Below are positions 37,556-46,952 of a DNA stretch of 64,000 nucleotides, piece after piece. Made by a program: the position numbers and the translations under genes. The notes under the pieces are model-generated. The model was given only the letters and a program-made list of their open reading frames with translations. It did not search any database and was not told the origin of the DNA. Each line of letters starts with the position of its first letter. Within the stretch, counting starts at the first letter, position 1. Location: contig CANJLI010000003.1 in NCBI GenBank assembly GCA_947475005.1, positions 32,472-96,471 of the forward strand, in the 5' to 3' direction. The stretch comes from Deltaproteobacteria bacterium (GTDB taxonomy: Bacteria; Bdellovibrionota_B; Oligoflexia; Oligoflexales; Bog-1112).

Positions 37556-37933
37556 TTAGGTGGCAGACGGGTTTCGTACCATCGAAGCCATCGCAGTTGT
37601 TACACTGCTTTGTAGCTCTGCATAGCCACTTTCACGAATGAGAGGGCGAGCAATTACCACGATGTCCTGATTTTCCCCGAGGGTCGACGGCAGCTGACGA
37701 AAAATCGCCCGCAGTCTTCGCTTCACGAGGTTGCGACAGACTGCATTTCCGACCTTGCGACTGACCACAAGACCCAAGCGTCTGCCTGCAGATACGCCGT
37801 CTTGCATCGGTGCAGGCGCAGCCAAGATCACCACCTCTTTCTTCACTCGCTTGCGCGAAGAATTAAAGACGCGATCAAACTCCGCCTTGCATCTCAATCT
37901 GCCAGTTGGAGTCTTGGAAGAAAGAGGTTGCAT
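37556..37933 (-). CDS. rnpA: ribonuclease P protein component
   Basis: Basic ~125-aa protein positioned between rpmH and yidD (RLGLVVSRKVGNAVCRNLVKRRLR). The start at 37933 avoids the out-of-frame overlap with rpmH that the 173-aa track ORF implies. Confidence 0.85.
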   Translation of the reverse strand: MQPLSSKTPTGRLRCKAEFDRVFNSSRKRVKKEVVILAAPAPMQDGVSAGRRLGLVVSRKVGNAVCRNLVKRRLRAIFRQLPSTLGENQDIVVIARPLIRESGYAELQSSVTTAMASMVRNPSAT

Positions 37934-37982
37934 ATTCACTACCCCTTCTTCCTGATCTTGACGATCTACTGTCTTCACAGGA

Positions 37983-38132
37983 TTACTTTGTGTAAGCAAC
38001 AGGGGTAAGTCGAGCACGGCCTTTTGCGCGTCGTCTTCTAAGTACATTGCGACCATTGGCAGTCGACATTCTTTCACGAAACCCGTGGGTTCGCAGTTTT
38101 TTGATTACACTTGGTTGGTACGTACGTTTCAT
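37983..38132 (-). CDS. rpmH: 50S ribosomal protein L34
   Basis: Not in the ORF track because it is under 60 aa. Hand translation of the minus strand gives [49 protein letters not shown], a canonical L34. Confidence 0.9.
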   Translation of the reverse strand: MKRTYQPSVIKKLRTHGFRERMSTANGRNVLRRRRAKGRARLTPVAYTK

Positions 38133-38246
38133 CGTCTTGTCTCTATTTTGCGAAAATTACAGGAAAATAAAATGGAAAGCCCTTAAGCTGGCGGAGATCC
38201 TAACAGAAAACCATAGGTCAAGCAATAGAAACTGCCTGGATTTAGA

Positions 38247-38380
38247 GGGGACACCCCGATAGAGTGTCCCAAAATTTCGTCATCCCAAGGTCCCAAAGGG
38301 ACCGTATGGGATCCCTAGGCAGCTACTAGGCACTTCCAAAGAGATCCCATACGGCTGCTGCGCAGCCTTGGGATGACGGA
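38247..38380. repeat. REP-like hairpin (38247-38270) plus cloverleaf repeat (38278-38380)
   Basis: GGGGACACCCCGATAGAGTGTCCC is followed by CGTCATCCCAAGG...CCTTGGGATGACGG, which carries a variant central loop (CCTAGGCAGCTACTAGG). Confidence 0.85.
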
Positions 38381-38394
38381 GTTGCGAGACCTTC

Positions 38395-39141
38395 TTACCC
38401 TCTAACAGCTAAGACCCCTTCTGGGGTAATAAAAAGCCCAAAGGGCAATCCAGCTTTGATTAAACGCTCTGGCTCTACTACTTTCCACTTCTGCTCCACA
38501 TACGCATCCAGCACGATCTGGTGCAGTCTGGTGTTTTCAGCAGAATGGTCCGTGAGGAATTTCTCCAAAATCTTTGTGATTTCAAGAGAATAAGGCTGAT
38601 GTGTCAACGCCTCTGCTGCCGCATATCGAATGCGCTCATCGTGAGCTTGTAGAAAAGGCAGCATTTTTTCATGGGGGTTTTGCAAGGGATAATCACGCAA
38701 ATGACAGAGGATATCGTAATTTTTGTCTGTTTGATCAGGATCTAAGGAGACATCTGTATAATCCAGGCATCCCTCCAAAATCTCTACCATCTCTGTCGGA
38801 GTGGCCAATCTCTCAATGATTTTAAGGGGCCACGCAATCAGACTGGTCGTATACACATGGTCGCGCACAATCGGAAGGGCCGCCGCGCCATAGGCCAAAA
38901 TCCCCTCGAAAGCACTCTCCTTCTCTCGGGCATCATAAATGCCATGATCCAAGCTAAAAGCGAAGCGCTTGAGCAAAGCGGGAATCGCAATGGCAGGGTC
39001 CTTGTGGGCACAGAAAAACTCGATGGCTGCCACACGATCCTCTCGGATGGCCTTGGCATTCTGCAGATTTTTTTGGTTTTTTTCCACAGCACTCTGTTGC
39101 CGCTGCGCTCGAAAAGCTTTTATTTTTTGGAATAGCCCCAC
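38395..39141 (-). CDS. hypothetical HEAT-repeat-like protein
   Basis: 248-aa helical-repeat ORF (e.g. DERIRYAAAEALTHQ). No specific family was recognised. Confidence 0.5.
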   Translation of the reverse strand: MGLFQKIKAFRAQRQQSAVEKNQKNLQNAKAIREDRVAAIEFFCAHKDPAIAIPALLKRFAFSLDHGIYDAREKESAFEGILAYGAAALPIVRDHVYTTSLIAWPLKIIERLATPTEMVEILEGCLDYTDVSLDPDQTDKNYDILCHLRDYPLQNPHEKMLPFLQAHDERIRYAAAEALTHQPYSLEITKILEKFLTDHSAENTRLHQIVLDAYVEQKWKVVEPERLIKAGLPFGLFITPEGVLAVRG

Positions 39142-39269
39142 GGATTTCTACCTACCCTGTTGTATCTGTGCTACATCACGCTATATTTAGAAGCTGTCTA
39201 GCAGATGGACTCTCTAGATAGCTTCTAGGCGCATGATACGCTACCGAGGGCGTAAACGTCCACTCTTGA

Positions 39270-40067
39270 GTGAAAAAAGGACCTTCCATGCAAAGCATCA
39301 CTGGAATTATATTGGCTGCAGGGCAAGGCAAGCGGATGGGCAGTCCCTTGCCTAAAGTACTACATCCGGTTGGGAATACCCCCATGGTGGAGTATGTACT
39401 TCGGGCTCTGCAAGGAGCCAAACTCAAGCGAATTGCGATTGTCATTGGCCCTGACGAAAGCCCTTTCCAGTCCTTTCTAGAACAATATAAAGAGATTGAA
39501 GTCTGTATCCAACAAGAACGCAACGGTACTGCAGGCGCAGTTGCCAGTTCCTCCCCCTTGTTTCCTGAGGCGGCGGCAAGCCCTTATGCTTCGCAGCTTC
39601 TGCGGCGAGGTAACCCAAAAACCAGCGAGTACGTGCTCATTTGCAATGGGGACACGCCAGCAATCTCTGCGAGAGACCTGCTTGATTTTATGGAGGGTGC
39701 ACAAGGGGCCGATTTGGCCCTGCTGGGTTTTTCGCCACCAAACCCATACGGATATGGGCGCATTTTATGTGGGCCTAACGGACACTTTCAACGTATTGTG
39801 GAGGAAAAGGATGCCTCGACGGAGGAGAGGGCCCAAACCCTCTGCAATACAGGGATCGTATTTGCACGCACCCAGGTTCTCTTCTCCTTGCTTGCCAAGC
39901 TGCAGAATCGAAATGCGCAGCAAGAATTCTATTTGACCGACTGCTTTGCTTTGGCTGTAGCGGAAAATTTTCGCGTCTCGGCAGTGGCGTCCCCCGTTTG
40001 GAAACCTTTTGCGGGTGTAAACACACCCGAACAGTTAGAGGAAATCCGAGCCTACTTGGAGCCATAA
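39270..40067 (+). CDS. GlmU-like N-acetylglucosamine-1-phosphate uridyltransferase domain protein (no acetyltransferase domain)
   Basis: ILAAGQGKRMGSPLPKVLHP, NGTAGAV, YGYGRI, EEKDAS, CNTGI, EFYLTD and GVNTPEQL track the E. coli GlmU N-terminal domain. The ORF stops at the linker (265 aa) and glmS follows as in glmUS operons. The start may be the ATG at 39288. Confidence 0.8.
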   Translation: MKKGPSMQSITGIILAAGQGKRMGSPLPKVLHPVGNTPMVEYVLRALQGAKLKRIAIVIGPDESPFQSFLEQYKEIEVCIQQERNGTAGAVASSSPLFPEAAASPYASQLLRRGNPKTSEYVLICNGDTPAISARDLLDFMEGAQGADLALLGFSPPNPYGYGRILCGPNGHFQRIVEEKDASTEERAQTLCNTGIVFARTQVLFSLLAKLQNRNAQQEFYLTDCFALAVAENFRVSAVASPVWKPFAGVNTPEQLEEIRAYLEP

Positions 40068-40088
40068 ACACGTTTTAGGAGACACATT

Positions 40089-41924
40089 ATGTGCGGCATT
40101 ATGGGATACGTAGGCAAACAGTCTTGTGCAAAGATGATCTACGATGGATTAAAGAAGCTTGAATACCGAGGCTATGACTCTGCTGGTATCGTAGTCCTTG
40201 GGGACACCAAACTCGAAGTAGCAAAATCGGTGGGCAAGCTCTTCAATTTAGAGGCTGAATTGGGACAGCTGTCTCCCACTGCCAAAATGGGCATGGGGCA
40301 CACCCGATGGGCCACTCACGGGGCCCCTTCTGTTGCCAATGCACATCCCCACACCTACGATGGGTTTTCTATCATCCACAACGGGATCATTGAAAACTAC
40401 CAGGCTTTGAAAATTTCCCTCCTGGAAGCCGGTACTGTCTTTGCCTCTGAAACTGATTCTGAAGTTATCTTGCACTTGTTGCACCGAGAATATGCCAAAG
40501 ATCGCTCCTTCGATAAGGCTGTCTCTCGTGTGATTCCCATGCTGGAAGGGGCCTTTGCCTTTGCAGCCATGACTATAGAAGAGCCAGGTGTTTTCTACCT
40601 CGTAAAGAATTCCTCCCCTTTGGTCATCGGATGTGGGGTGCATGAAAATTTCTTTGCCTCCGATGCGTTGGCTTTACTGCCTCATACCCAAGAGATGATC
40701 TTTTTGGAAGATGGACAGGTTGTTAAAATCACGGCAGACGAGATTGAACTCCGTGATTTTAGCGGCAAACTTTTGCAAGCTCAGAGAAAGATACTGCCGA
40801 AAGTCGACTCTGCTCCAGAAAAAAATGGGTTTCGACATTTCATGCTCAAGGAAATCTATGAGCAGCCAGCTGTGATCCGAGCTACCCTTGAAAAAGTATT
40901 TGGCGCTTCTGGGGCCGCTTCTTTAGATGAGAGCGCCATCGGCCTGTCGGCTCTTCCCTTTGACACCATCAAGCGAATCCACATTGTAGGATGTGGAACT
41001 GCCTATCTCGCAGGTACATTGGGACGATACTTCCTGGAAAAGTGGGCACAGATACCGGTTTCTGTGGATCTTGCCAGCGAGTTTCGCTACCGCAGCCCCT
41101 ATTTGGATGCGGGCACCCTCATCATTGCCATGACCCAATCGGGGGAAACCCTCGACACACTGGCTAGCGTCAAGTTTGCCAAACAAGCAGGCTGCCCCAT
41201 CTACTCCATTTGTAACGTGCCCTTCTCCGCGATCCCGCGAGGATCTGAGGCTACGTTCTATATGAATGCAGGGCCTGAAGTGGGTGTCGCTTCTACGAAG
41301 GCCTTTGTTGCAATGGTACTGGATTTGTTCCTCTTCACCTTGGCTTTTGGACATAAAAAGGGGCTTATCTCCCAAGCGGAGCTTGAAAAACAACGAAGCT
41401 ACCTCCAGCGCCTGCCTGCCCTTGTGGAACAAGCCATTGAGCAACAAAGCAGCATTGAGCAAATTGCACTGCGCTATTTTGAAGCCACGAATAGCCTGTT
41501 TATCGGAAGAGGCAACAGCTGCTCTATTGCTCTGGAAGGGGCATTGAAGCTTAAGGAGATCTCCTACATCCATGCAGAAGGGTATGCTGGGGGAGAGCTC
41601 AAGCACGGTCCCATTGCCTTGGTAGACGAACATATCCCCATCATTGCCCTTGCGCCCAAAGACAGCCACTATGAGAAGATGCTCTCGAATATCGAAGAGG
41701 TAAAAGCCCGAGGCGGACGTGTGATCGGTGTCGGAGGCAAAGACGACAAAAGACTGGCAGCCCTCTGCCAAGATGTGTTGGCATGTCCTCAAATCGAACA
41801 AGAAGACCTCCAAGCGATTCTTTCGGTGATCCCCTTGCAACTATTTGCTTATTCCATTGCGGTTTTACGCGGCACTGATATTGATCAACCCCGAAATTTA
41901 GCCAAGTCTGTGACCGTAGAGTAA
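40089..41924 (+). CDS. glmS: glutamine--fructose-6-phosphate aminotransferase
   Basis: 611 aa with N-terminal MCGI (catalytic Cys2), two SIS domains and a C-terminal KSVTVE. Confidence 0.95.
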   Translation: MCGIMGYVGKQSCAKMIYDGLKKLEYRGYDSAGIVVLGDTKLEVAKSVGKLFNLEAELGQLSPTAKMGMGHTRWATHGAPSVANAHPHTYDGFSIIHNGIIENYQALKISLLEAGTVFASETDSEVILHLLHREYAKDRSFDKAVSRVIPMLEGAFAFAAMTIEEPGVFYLVKNSSPLVIGCGVHENFFASDALALLPHTQEMIFLEDGQVVKITADEIELRDFSGKLLQAQRKILPKVDSAPEKNGFRHFMLKEIYEQPAVIRATLEKVFGASGAASLDESAIGLSALPFDTIKRIHIVGCGTAYLAGTLGRYFLEKWAQIPVSVDLASEFRYRSPYLDAGTLIIAMTQSGETLDTLASVKFAKQAGCPIYSICNVPFSAIPRGSEATFYMNAGPEVGVASTKAFVAMVLDLFLFTLAFGHKKGLISQAELEKQRSYLQRLPALVEQAIEQQSSIEQIALRYFEATNSLFIGRGNSCSIALEGALKLKEISYIHAEGYAGGELKHGPIALVDEHIPIIALAPKDSHYEKMLSNIEEVKARGGRVIGVGGKDDKRLAALCQDVLACPQIEQEDLQAILSVIPLQLFAYSIAVLRGTDIDQPRNLAKSVTVE

Positions 41925-41933
41925 AGGACCCCC

Positions 41934-44111
41934 ATGCGAGCCGAAATTGAGACCCTGTTATCAACCTTAAATGAGCCCCAGAAACAAGCCGTTCTGCATA
42001 CCAACGGCCCTTTGGTGGTATTTGCTGGCGCTGGTAGCGGCAAAACCCGTGTGATCACAAGTCGTATCTCCTACCTGTTGATGCAGCAAGTGAGCCCCCA
42101 TTCAATCCTTGCGGTTACCTTTACAAATAAGGCTGCAAAAGAGATGCGAGAACGGGTGGAGCGCTTCTCTCCCGAGGCACGCTTCGTGCTGATCTCTACC
42201 TTTCACTCTGCCTGTGTGCGGTGGTTGCGAGAGTTTGCCCACTTGATGGGTTACACCTCCCAGTTCACGATTTATGATGAATCGGATGCCAACAGTGCCA
42301 TCAACCGCATCATGAAAGAGCTATTGATCAAAGATCAGGATCACTCGGCTCGGGAGTATCGTCATGCCATCAAGCAGGTGAAGAATAAAGGTCTGAACCC
42401 AAGTGAAGTGCACGAGCAAAGCCGAGACCAAGCCGGTATGTTTCCAGAGCATGGCATGGAGGTCTACCGTCGCTACCAAGAGCTTCTTGCGACATCCAAC
42501 TCTATGGACTTCGACGATCTGCTTATGAACATGATTACCTTGTTAACCACGCAACCCCAGGTGCGAGAGCAGTTGCGAAAGCGCTACCGCTACATCTTGG
42601 TGGATGAGTATCAGGATACCAACCCCGCTCAATTTAAGCTCATTTCCCTCTTGGTGAATGAGCAGCAGAATTTGTTTGTGGTGGGAGACGATGATCAGTC
42701 CATTTACAGCTGGCGTGGAGCAGACCCAGCCAACATTCTAGGATTTCAGGATATTTTTCCTGGAGCCCAACAGATTTACCTGGAGCAAAATTACCGAAGC
42801 TCCTCTACCATCATCCAAGCAGCCAGTGCATTGATCCTCAACAATCAAGCACGAGCCAAGAAACATCTATGGACAGCCAATCAGGCAGGGGCCCCCATCG
42901 AATTCCACTTGGAGTATGAGGGGGAAATGGAAGCCTGGTGGGTAGCAGAAAAGATCCACAAGGAACGAAACGTTTTTGAATATCCCCATGTGGCAATATT
43001 TTATCGCACCAACGCCCAATCTCGACTTCTGGAAGATAGCCTTCGTAAACAAGGCATCCCCTATCGACTCTATGGAGCTGTAAAGTTCTATGATCGAGCT
43101 GAGATCAAAGACATTGTGGCGTACTTTCGACTCTTGGCGAATGAAAACGATGATGTGGCTTTCAAAAGGGTGACCCAAGTGCCTACTCGAGGCCTTGGAG
43201 AACAAGCCGTAGCAAAGCTCGAGTCCTTCTGTCTTGAAAATCACTGTTCCCTCATGGTGGCAGCTCGTGCATGTGCCAAAATGAACCTGCCCCGAGTGTC
43301 CAACAAATGGATGGAGTTCGTCACATTGATGGACCGGCTCCAAACCACATGCCTCGAAGGGCCTTTGTCCAATGTGGTAGAATATTTTCTGCAAGCTGTG
43401 GACTACAAAAGTTATTTGATTAAAAAATTCCCGGAGAAAATGGAAGAAAAACTCGAAAACATTTATGAATTGGGGTCAGCACTGGCTTTGTATGAGGAGC
43501 AGCAAGAAAATGCGACTCTCGTAGGTTGGTTGCAAGATATCAGTTTGCTCGAAAGTGAGAAAAACTCGGAGGATGATGCTTCTATACCCTCCATCGCACT
43601 CATGACGCTTCACTCTGCAAAAGGATTGGAGTTTAAACGGGTTTATATTGTTGGTGTGGAAGATGGGTTGATTCCCCACACCAATAGCTTGGAGGATCCC
43701 CTCAAGATAGAAGAAGAGCGCAGATTGTTTTATGTGGGTATTACCCGGGCTCGAGAGAAGCTTACTCTCTCTGCTGCCAGAAAGCGCAAGGTCTTCAATA
43801 AATGGTCGAGTCATGCACCGTCTCGATTCTTGACGGAACTACCAGAATCTCTTGTCACCATGGATCCCTTTGCTAAGCGCTTGCTCAATCGCATGGGTGG
43901 TAACCAGGAGGAGGCCCAAGAGCCAGCGCCAGCTAAGGGTGAAACCATGGAAAGTGGGCAGATGATCTATCATCCTACTTTTGGAAAAGGTAAAATTATG
44001 CAGATCGAAGACCATTGGGGCCTTCGACAAGCCAGAGTCGAGTTCTATGACTTTGGCACTCGCACGGTATCCTTGGAACACCTAAACCCGGTACGGGTTA
44101 GCTGGAGGTAG
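41934..44111 (+). CDS. UvrD/PcrA/Rep-family ATP-dependent DNA helicase
   Basis: 725 aa with Walker A AGAGSGKTRV, motif II VDEYQDTN and the later SF1 motifs (TLHSAKGLEF, YVGITRA). Confidence 0.9.
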   Translation: MRAEIETLLSTLNEPQKQAVLHTNGPLVVFAGAGSGKTRVITSRISYLLMQQVSPHSILAVTFTNKAAKEMRERVERFSPEARFVLISTFHSACVRWLREFAHLMGYTSQFTIYDESDANSAINRIMKELLIKDQDHSAREYRHAIKQVKNKGLNPSEVHEQSRDQAGMFPEHGMEVYRRYQELLATSNSMDFDDLLMNMITLLTTQPQVREQLRKRYRYILVDEYQDTNPAQFKLISLLVNEQQNLFVVGDDDQSIYSWRGADPANILGFQDIFPGAQQIYLEQNYRSSSTIIQAASALILNNQARAKKHLWTANQAGAPIEFHLEYEGEMEAWWVAEKIHKERNVFEYPHVAIFYRTNAQSRLLEDSLRKQGIPYRLYGAVKFYDRAEIKDIVAYFRLLANENDDVAFKRVTQVPTRGLGEQAVAKLESFCLENHCSLMVAARACAKMNLPRVSNKWMEFVTLMDRLQTTCLEGPLSNVVEYFLQAVDYKSYLIKKFPEKMEEKLENIYELGSALALYEEQQENATLVGWLQDISLLESEKNSEDDASIPSIALMTLHSAKGLEFKRVYIVGVEDGLIPHTNSLEDPLKIEEERRLFYVGITRAREKLTLSAARKRKVFNKWSSHAPSRFLTELPESLVTMDPFAKRLLNRMGGNQEEAQEPAPAKGETMESGQMIYHPTFGKGKIMQIEDHWGLRQARVEFYDFGTRTVSLEHLNPVRVSWR

Positions 44112-44116
44112 CGCCT

Positions 44117-44413
44117 ATGTTCGCCTTGCGACAGTGGATAGAACAGAGGTACTTTTTTTTCCTTATCGGATTTGCCCTGGTGGTATTGGCAATCGGCACC
44201 TTCCGAGGGGAAACCTCCCTACGTACCTATCTGGCTCTTCGCGACAGTCAGAAGGTGTTAGTGGGAACGGTCGATGGCTTATCGAGTGATATTCAACGAT
44301 TGGAGAAAGAAATTGCAATGACGCAAACCTCCACCGACTATGTGCACAAGCTACTTCGTGATAAGTACCACATCACGGAAAAAGGCGAGCAAATTTTGCT
44401 GTTTGAGGATTAA
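44117..44413 (+). CDS. FtsB/DivIC-like septum formation initiator
   Basis: 98 aa with a single N-terminal TM followed by a coiled coil, ending ...YHITEKGEQILLF as in FtsB-family proteins. Confidence 0.55.
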   Translation: MFALRQWIEQRYFFFLIGFALVVLAIGTFRGETSLRTYLALRDSQKVLVGTVDGLSSDIQRLEKEIAMTQTSTDYVHKLLRDKYHITEKGEQILLFED

Positions 44414-44479
44414 TGCTCCTCCCTCGCCCACTTGTGGTACGCTTTATATAATACATAAATTCACGGTAAGAGGGTTTTC

Positions 44480-46000
44480 ATGCCTGGATTTTTATACTGC
44501 GTTACCCTGTTTGTTCTTTCTTTTTGTCTCTCTAGCTGCAAGAAAAAAAACGCTGCCACGGCGCCTCCCACAAGCCAAGTTACTGATCTCTCTCTTGACT
44601 CGCAGCAAGCGTTTTGCCTAGCACCCGCTGTATTTACTGAACCTGACGTAGCCCAACTGTTGGTAAATCCAATTGCTGGGCTACAGATTGCAACGCCTTT
44701 TTTTGATTATTCCCGCATACCCACCTTGCTACTCCAGCCCGACTTGGGTAGCGGGACCTATATGGACTACCAAATACATTTGGACAAAAAAGAAAAGAGT
44801 ACAGATGCATGCTTCGATACAGTAGAAGGAACGACGAAAGATCCTTCCATACCAGGTAAAACCATACATGAGGGAAAAAATGCAGTCATTGTGTATGGAC
44901 TCTGCCCAGGCGTGTATACAATTCAGATTAAAAGCTGTCGCGACTCCGATCAAACATGCGGGGAAGTCTATCCACCTGCCACTCAATCCAATATGTACTT
45001 CCAACAGCCCGCACTTTTAGACCCTGCCTCTCTCGAAAAATTGACCCAATATACCTTAATTAAAAACGCCACCTATGAAAAAACAAAAAAGGCCTACTCC
45101 ATCATTTCTCAATGGGCCTACTCCAACTGTATAAATGCCACGCAAATGCAAACAGAGTATTGCAAATCTGCTTCTAACATCGTGCATATGGGACTGGGTC
45201 AATTTATCAACTTGGTACAAGACAATTACCAGGCCACAGAAACCACCATTTTAGCCCACATCAAACGCACGCAGGCAGCTGGTACTTCCGCTGTATTAGC
45301 GTTGGCAAACCTACCATCTATGAAGCTTGCACAAGATAGTCCCTGCGCCAATCCGGCAAGCATTGTACCCTTCACACCCGAGCCCCCCCCCGAGACACCC
45401 TCCGAGACACCCGAGACACTCGAGGCACTCGAGGTACCAACCAAGACAGTTGCAGCGGAGACACCGGAAGGCACAGAAAGCCCAAGTGATACAAACTCCT
45501 CCTCTTCTTCCATTGCGCCCACTACCCTCGCACTTGTCCTTTCAGGGGCTGCCCTTGCCTGTATTGGATCCATCATGTGGCTTGCTGGAGGTTACGAAGC
45601 TGCTGGGATTATGAGGCAAAAATTCAAAAATCAAATTCAAGAAGTTAAAGCAACTATAGCTACAGCTGGAGCTCCTACAGCTCCAGTTGTAGCTACAGCT
45701 AAACCTATGGCTACAGTCAAAGGAGCTCCAGCTGTAGAGGCTCCAGCTAAAGTACCTACAGCTAAAGGAGAAGGGAAATGGACAGGTGTCAGTGCGATTG
45801 GGGTTGGCCTCGTCGTCATCGGCGCCATTCTACCCGTTCTCTCCCTCTTTATTACACTTGCAGACACAAATGAGGCTTCAGTAAACGAACAGGCTCTTAG
45901 TCAGCAGCTTGGAAAAGAGGTTTCCACAGAGCTAAAGGAAAGAATTATTGAAGAAAGCAGCACTCTCCAATCTCTCCTAAAAGAAGCTCAAATTCGATAA
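44480..46000 (+). CDS. hypothetical lipoprotein with Pro/Glu/Thr-rich linker and C-terminal TM segments
   Basis: 506-aa ORF with lipobox LSSC and low-complexity PEPPPETPSETPETLEALE. It contains a C9 homopolymer at 45383-45391. Confidence 0.55.
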   Translation: MPGFLYCVTLFVLSFCLSSCKKKNAATAPPTSQVTDLSLDSQQAFCLAPAVFTEPDVAQLLVNPIAGLQIATPFFDYSRIPTLLLQPDLGSGTYMDYQIHLDKKEKSTDACFDTVEGTTKDPSIPGKTIHEGKNAVIVYGLCPGVYTIQIKSCRDSDQTCGEVYPPATQSNMYFQQPALLDPASLEKLTQYTLIKNATYEKTKKAYSIISQWAYSNCINATQMQTEYCKSASNIVHMGLGQFINLVQDNYQATETTILAHIKRTQAAGTSAVLALANLPSMKLAQDSPCANPASIVPFTPEPPPETPSETPETLEALEVPTKTVAAETPEGTESPSDTNSSSSSIAPTTLALVLSGAALACIGSIMWLAGGYEAAGIMRQKFKNQIQEVKATIATAGAPTAPVVATAKPMATVKGAPAVEAPAKVPTAKGEGKWTGVSAIGVGLVVIGAILPVLSLFITLADTNEASVNEQALSQQLGKEVSTELKERIIEESSTLQSLLKEAQIR

Positions 46001-46041
46001 AATCCCAAAATTCAACGCTTGAAATGGTAGCTAAAAGTAGA

Positions 46042-46097
46042 GTATCCAAGGTTTGGGGATCCCTTGCTACAGCGAAGGATCCCCAAACCTTGGATAC
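46042..46097. repeat. perfect 21-bp-stem hairpin (mini-variant of the CCAAGG/GGGATCC repeat family), likely terminator
   Basis: GTATCCAAGGTTTGGGGATCC, then 14 nt, then GGATCCCCAAACCTTGGATAC, located 42 nt after the stop of the 44480..46000 gene. Confidence 0.7.
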
Positions 46098-46121
46098 AGT
46101 CTTTAAAAAAGGAATGCAAAA

Positions 46122-46673
46122 ATGAAAAAATGGCTATGGCTCTCCGTCGGAGTGGCGCTTGGAATTTACTGGTATGCAAAACAAAAAAAAGAAGCGCTGC
46201 CGGTTTTCCAAACCGTCCAATCCTTTTCTCTACTCGATGAAGAGAATCAGCCATTTACCGAAAAACAAATTGCGAACCGACCCTGCATCGTAAACTTTAT
46301 GTTTACCCAGTGCCAAGGTACTTGTCCCTTGTTGATGGAACGAGTTGCTGCATTAGCCCGAAATCCAGCTCTGGCAAAGGTATTGTTTGTCTCTATCACC
46401 ATGGACACCACAAATGATCGCCCCGAGGTGCTGCGTGCCTACATGAAAGAGAAGCAATTTGAAGGTCTGTCTTGGAAATTTTTAACGGGAGAACAGTCTG
46501 CTGTGACCACCTTTGCAACCCAAGCGCTCAAAGTAGCGGCAGGAGAGAAGCCAGAAATGCACTCCACCCGGTTAATTTTGTTGGATGCAAAAGGACAAGT
46601 AAGGGGCTACTACGAGTCCCAAGAAGCAGCGGCGATGGAAAAGCTACAGCAGGATGTGCTTACATTACTGTAA
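46122..46673 (+). CDS. SCO1/SenC-family copper chaperone / thiol-disulfide oxidoreductase
   Basis: 183 aa with a signal/TM sequence. The CxxxC motif sits in FTQCQGTCPLL, within a thioredoxin-like fold pattern. Confidence 0.8.
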   Translation: MKKWLWLSVGVALGIYWYAKQKKEALPVFQTVQSFSLLDEENQPFTEKQIANRPCIVNFMFTQCQGTCPLLMERVAALARNPALAKVLFVSITMDTTNDRPEVLRAYMKEKQFEGLSWKFLTGEQSAVTTFATQALKVAAGEKPEMHSTRLILLDAKGQVRGYYESQEAAAMEKLQQDVLTLL

Positions 46674-46696
46674 GCCTTGTTTATGGCAAAGCTCTG

Positions 46697-46945
46697 TGGG
46701 GACACCCTCGAATGGCGCTTCCTTAAGCGTACGATTTGCCTAACTCTTTGGAAATCCGTCATCCCAAGGTCCCGAAGGGACCGTATGGGATCCCTGCGTT
46801 TTTATCGAGATCCCATACGGCTGCTGCGCAGCCTTGGGATGACGGATGGGTTGCCATCTTGAATGTAAGCAAAAGATGACAATTCCTTCCTTAAGGAAGC
46901 GGCATTAAGGAAGCGGCATTCGGGGCACCCGATGCGAGTGTCCCC
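46697..46945. repeat. nested composite: REP-like arms bracketing a cloverleaf repeat (46755-46856)
   Basis: GGGGACACCCTCGAATGGCGCTTCCTTA (46697-) is approximately the reverse complement of TAAGGAAGCGGCATTCGGGGCACCCGATGCGAGTGTCCCC (-46945). TAAGGAAGCGGCAT is directly duplicated. The central copy is ATCCGTCATCCCAAGG...CCTTGGGATGACGGAT. Confidence 0.8.
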
Positions 46946-46952
46946 TTTTTCA

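Noticed and set aside
38133-38394. Replication origin next to the rpmH-rnpA-yidC cluster.
   Set aside because: No dnaA gene is adjacent. I could not find TTATCCACA-type DnaA boxes or an A+T-rich unwinding element, and the region is mostly REP and cloverleaf repeats.
39186-39226. Imperfect palindrome TAGAAGCTGTCTAG...CTAGATAGCTTCTA in the divergent promoter region. It shares the word AGACAGCTTCTA (reverse complement) with position 241-252.
   Set aside because: Only two occurrences with short shared words. This is insufficient to call an operator or a further repeat family.
40068-40088. glmS ribozyme or other leader element upstream of glmS.
   Set aside because: Only ~21 nt separate the glmU-like stop and the glmS start, which is far too short for a ribozyme or riboswitch.
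40923-41840. 305-aa ORF antisense to glmS, with similar long antisense ORFs at 19782..20444, 27539..28150, 42867..43394 and 1948..2490.
   Set aside because: Each lies fully inside a confidently identified gene on the other strand. They are shadow ORFs of moderate-GC coding DNA.
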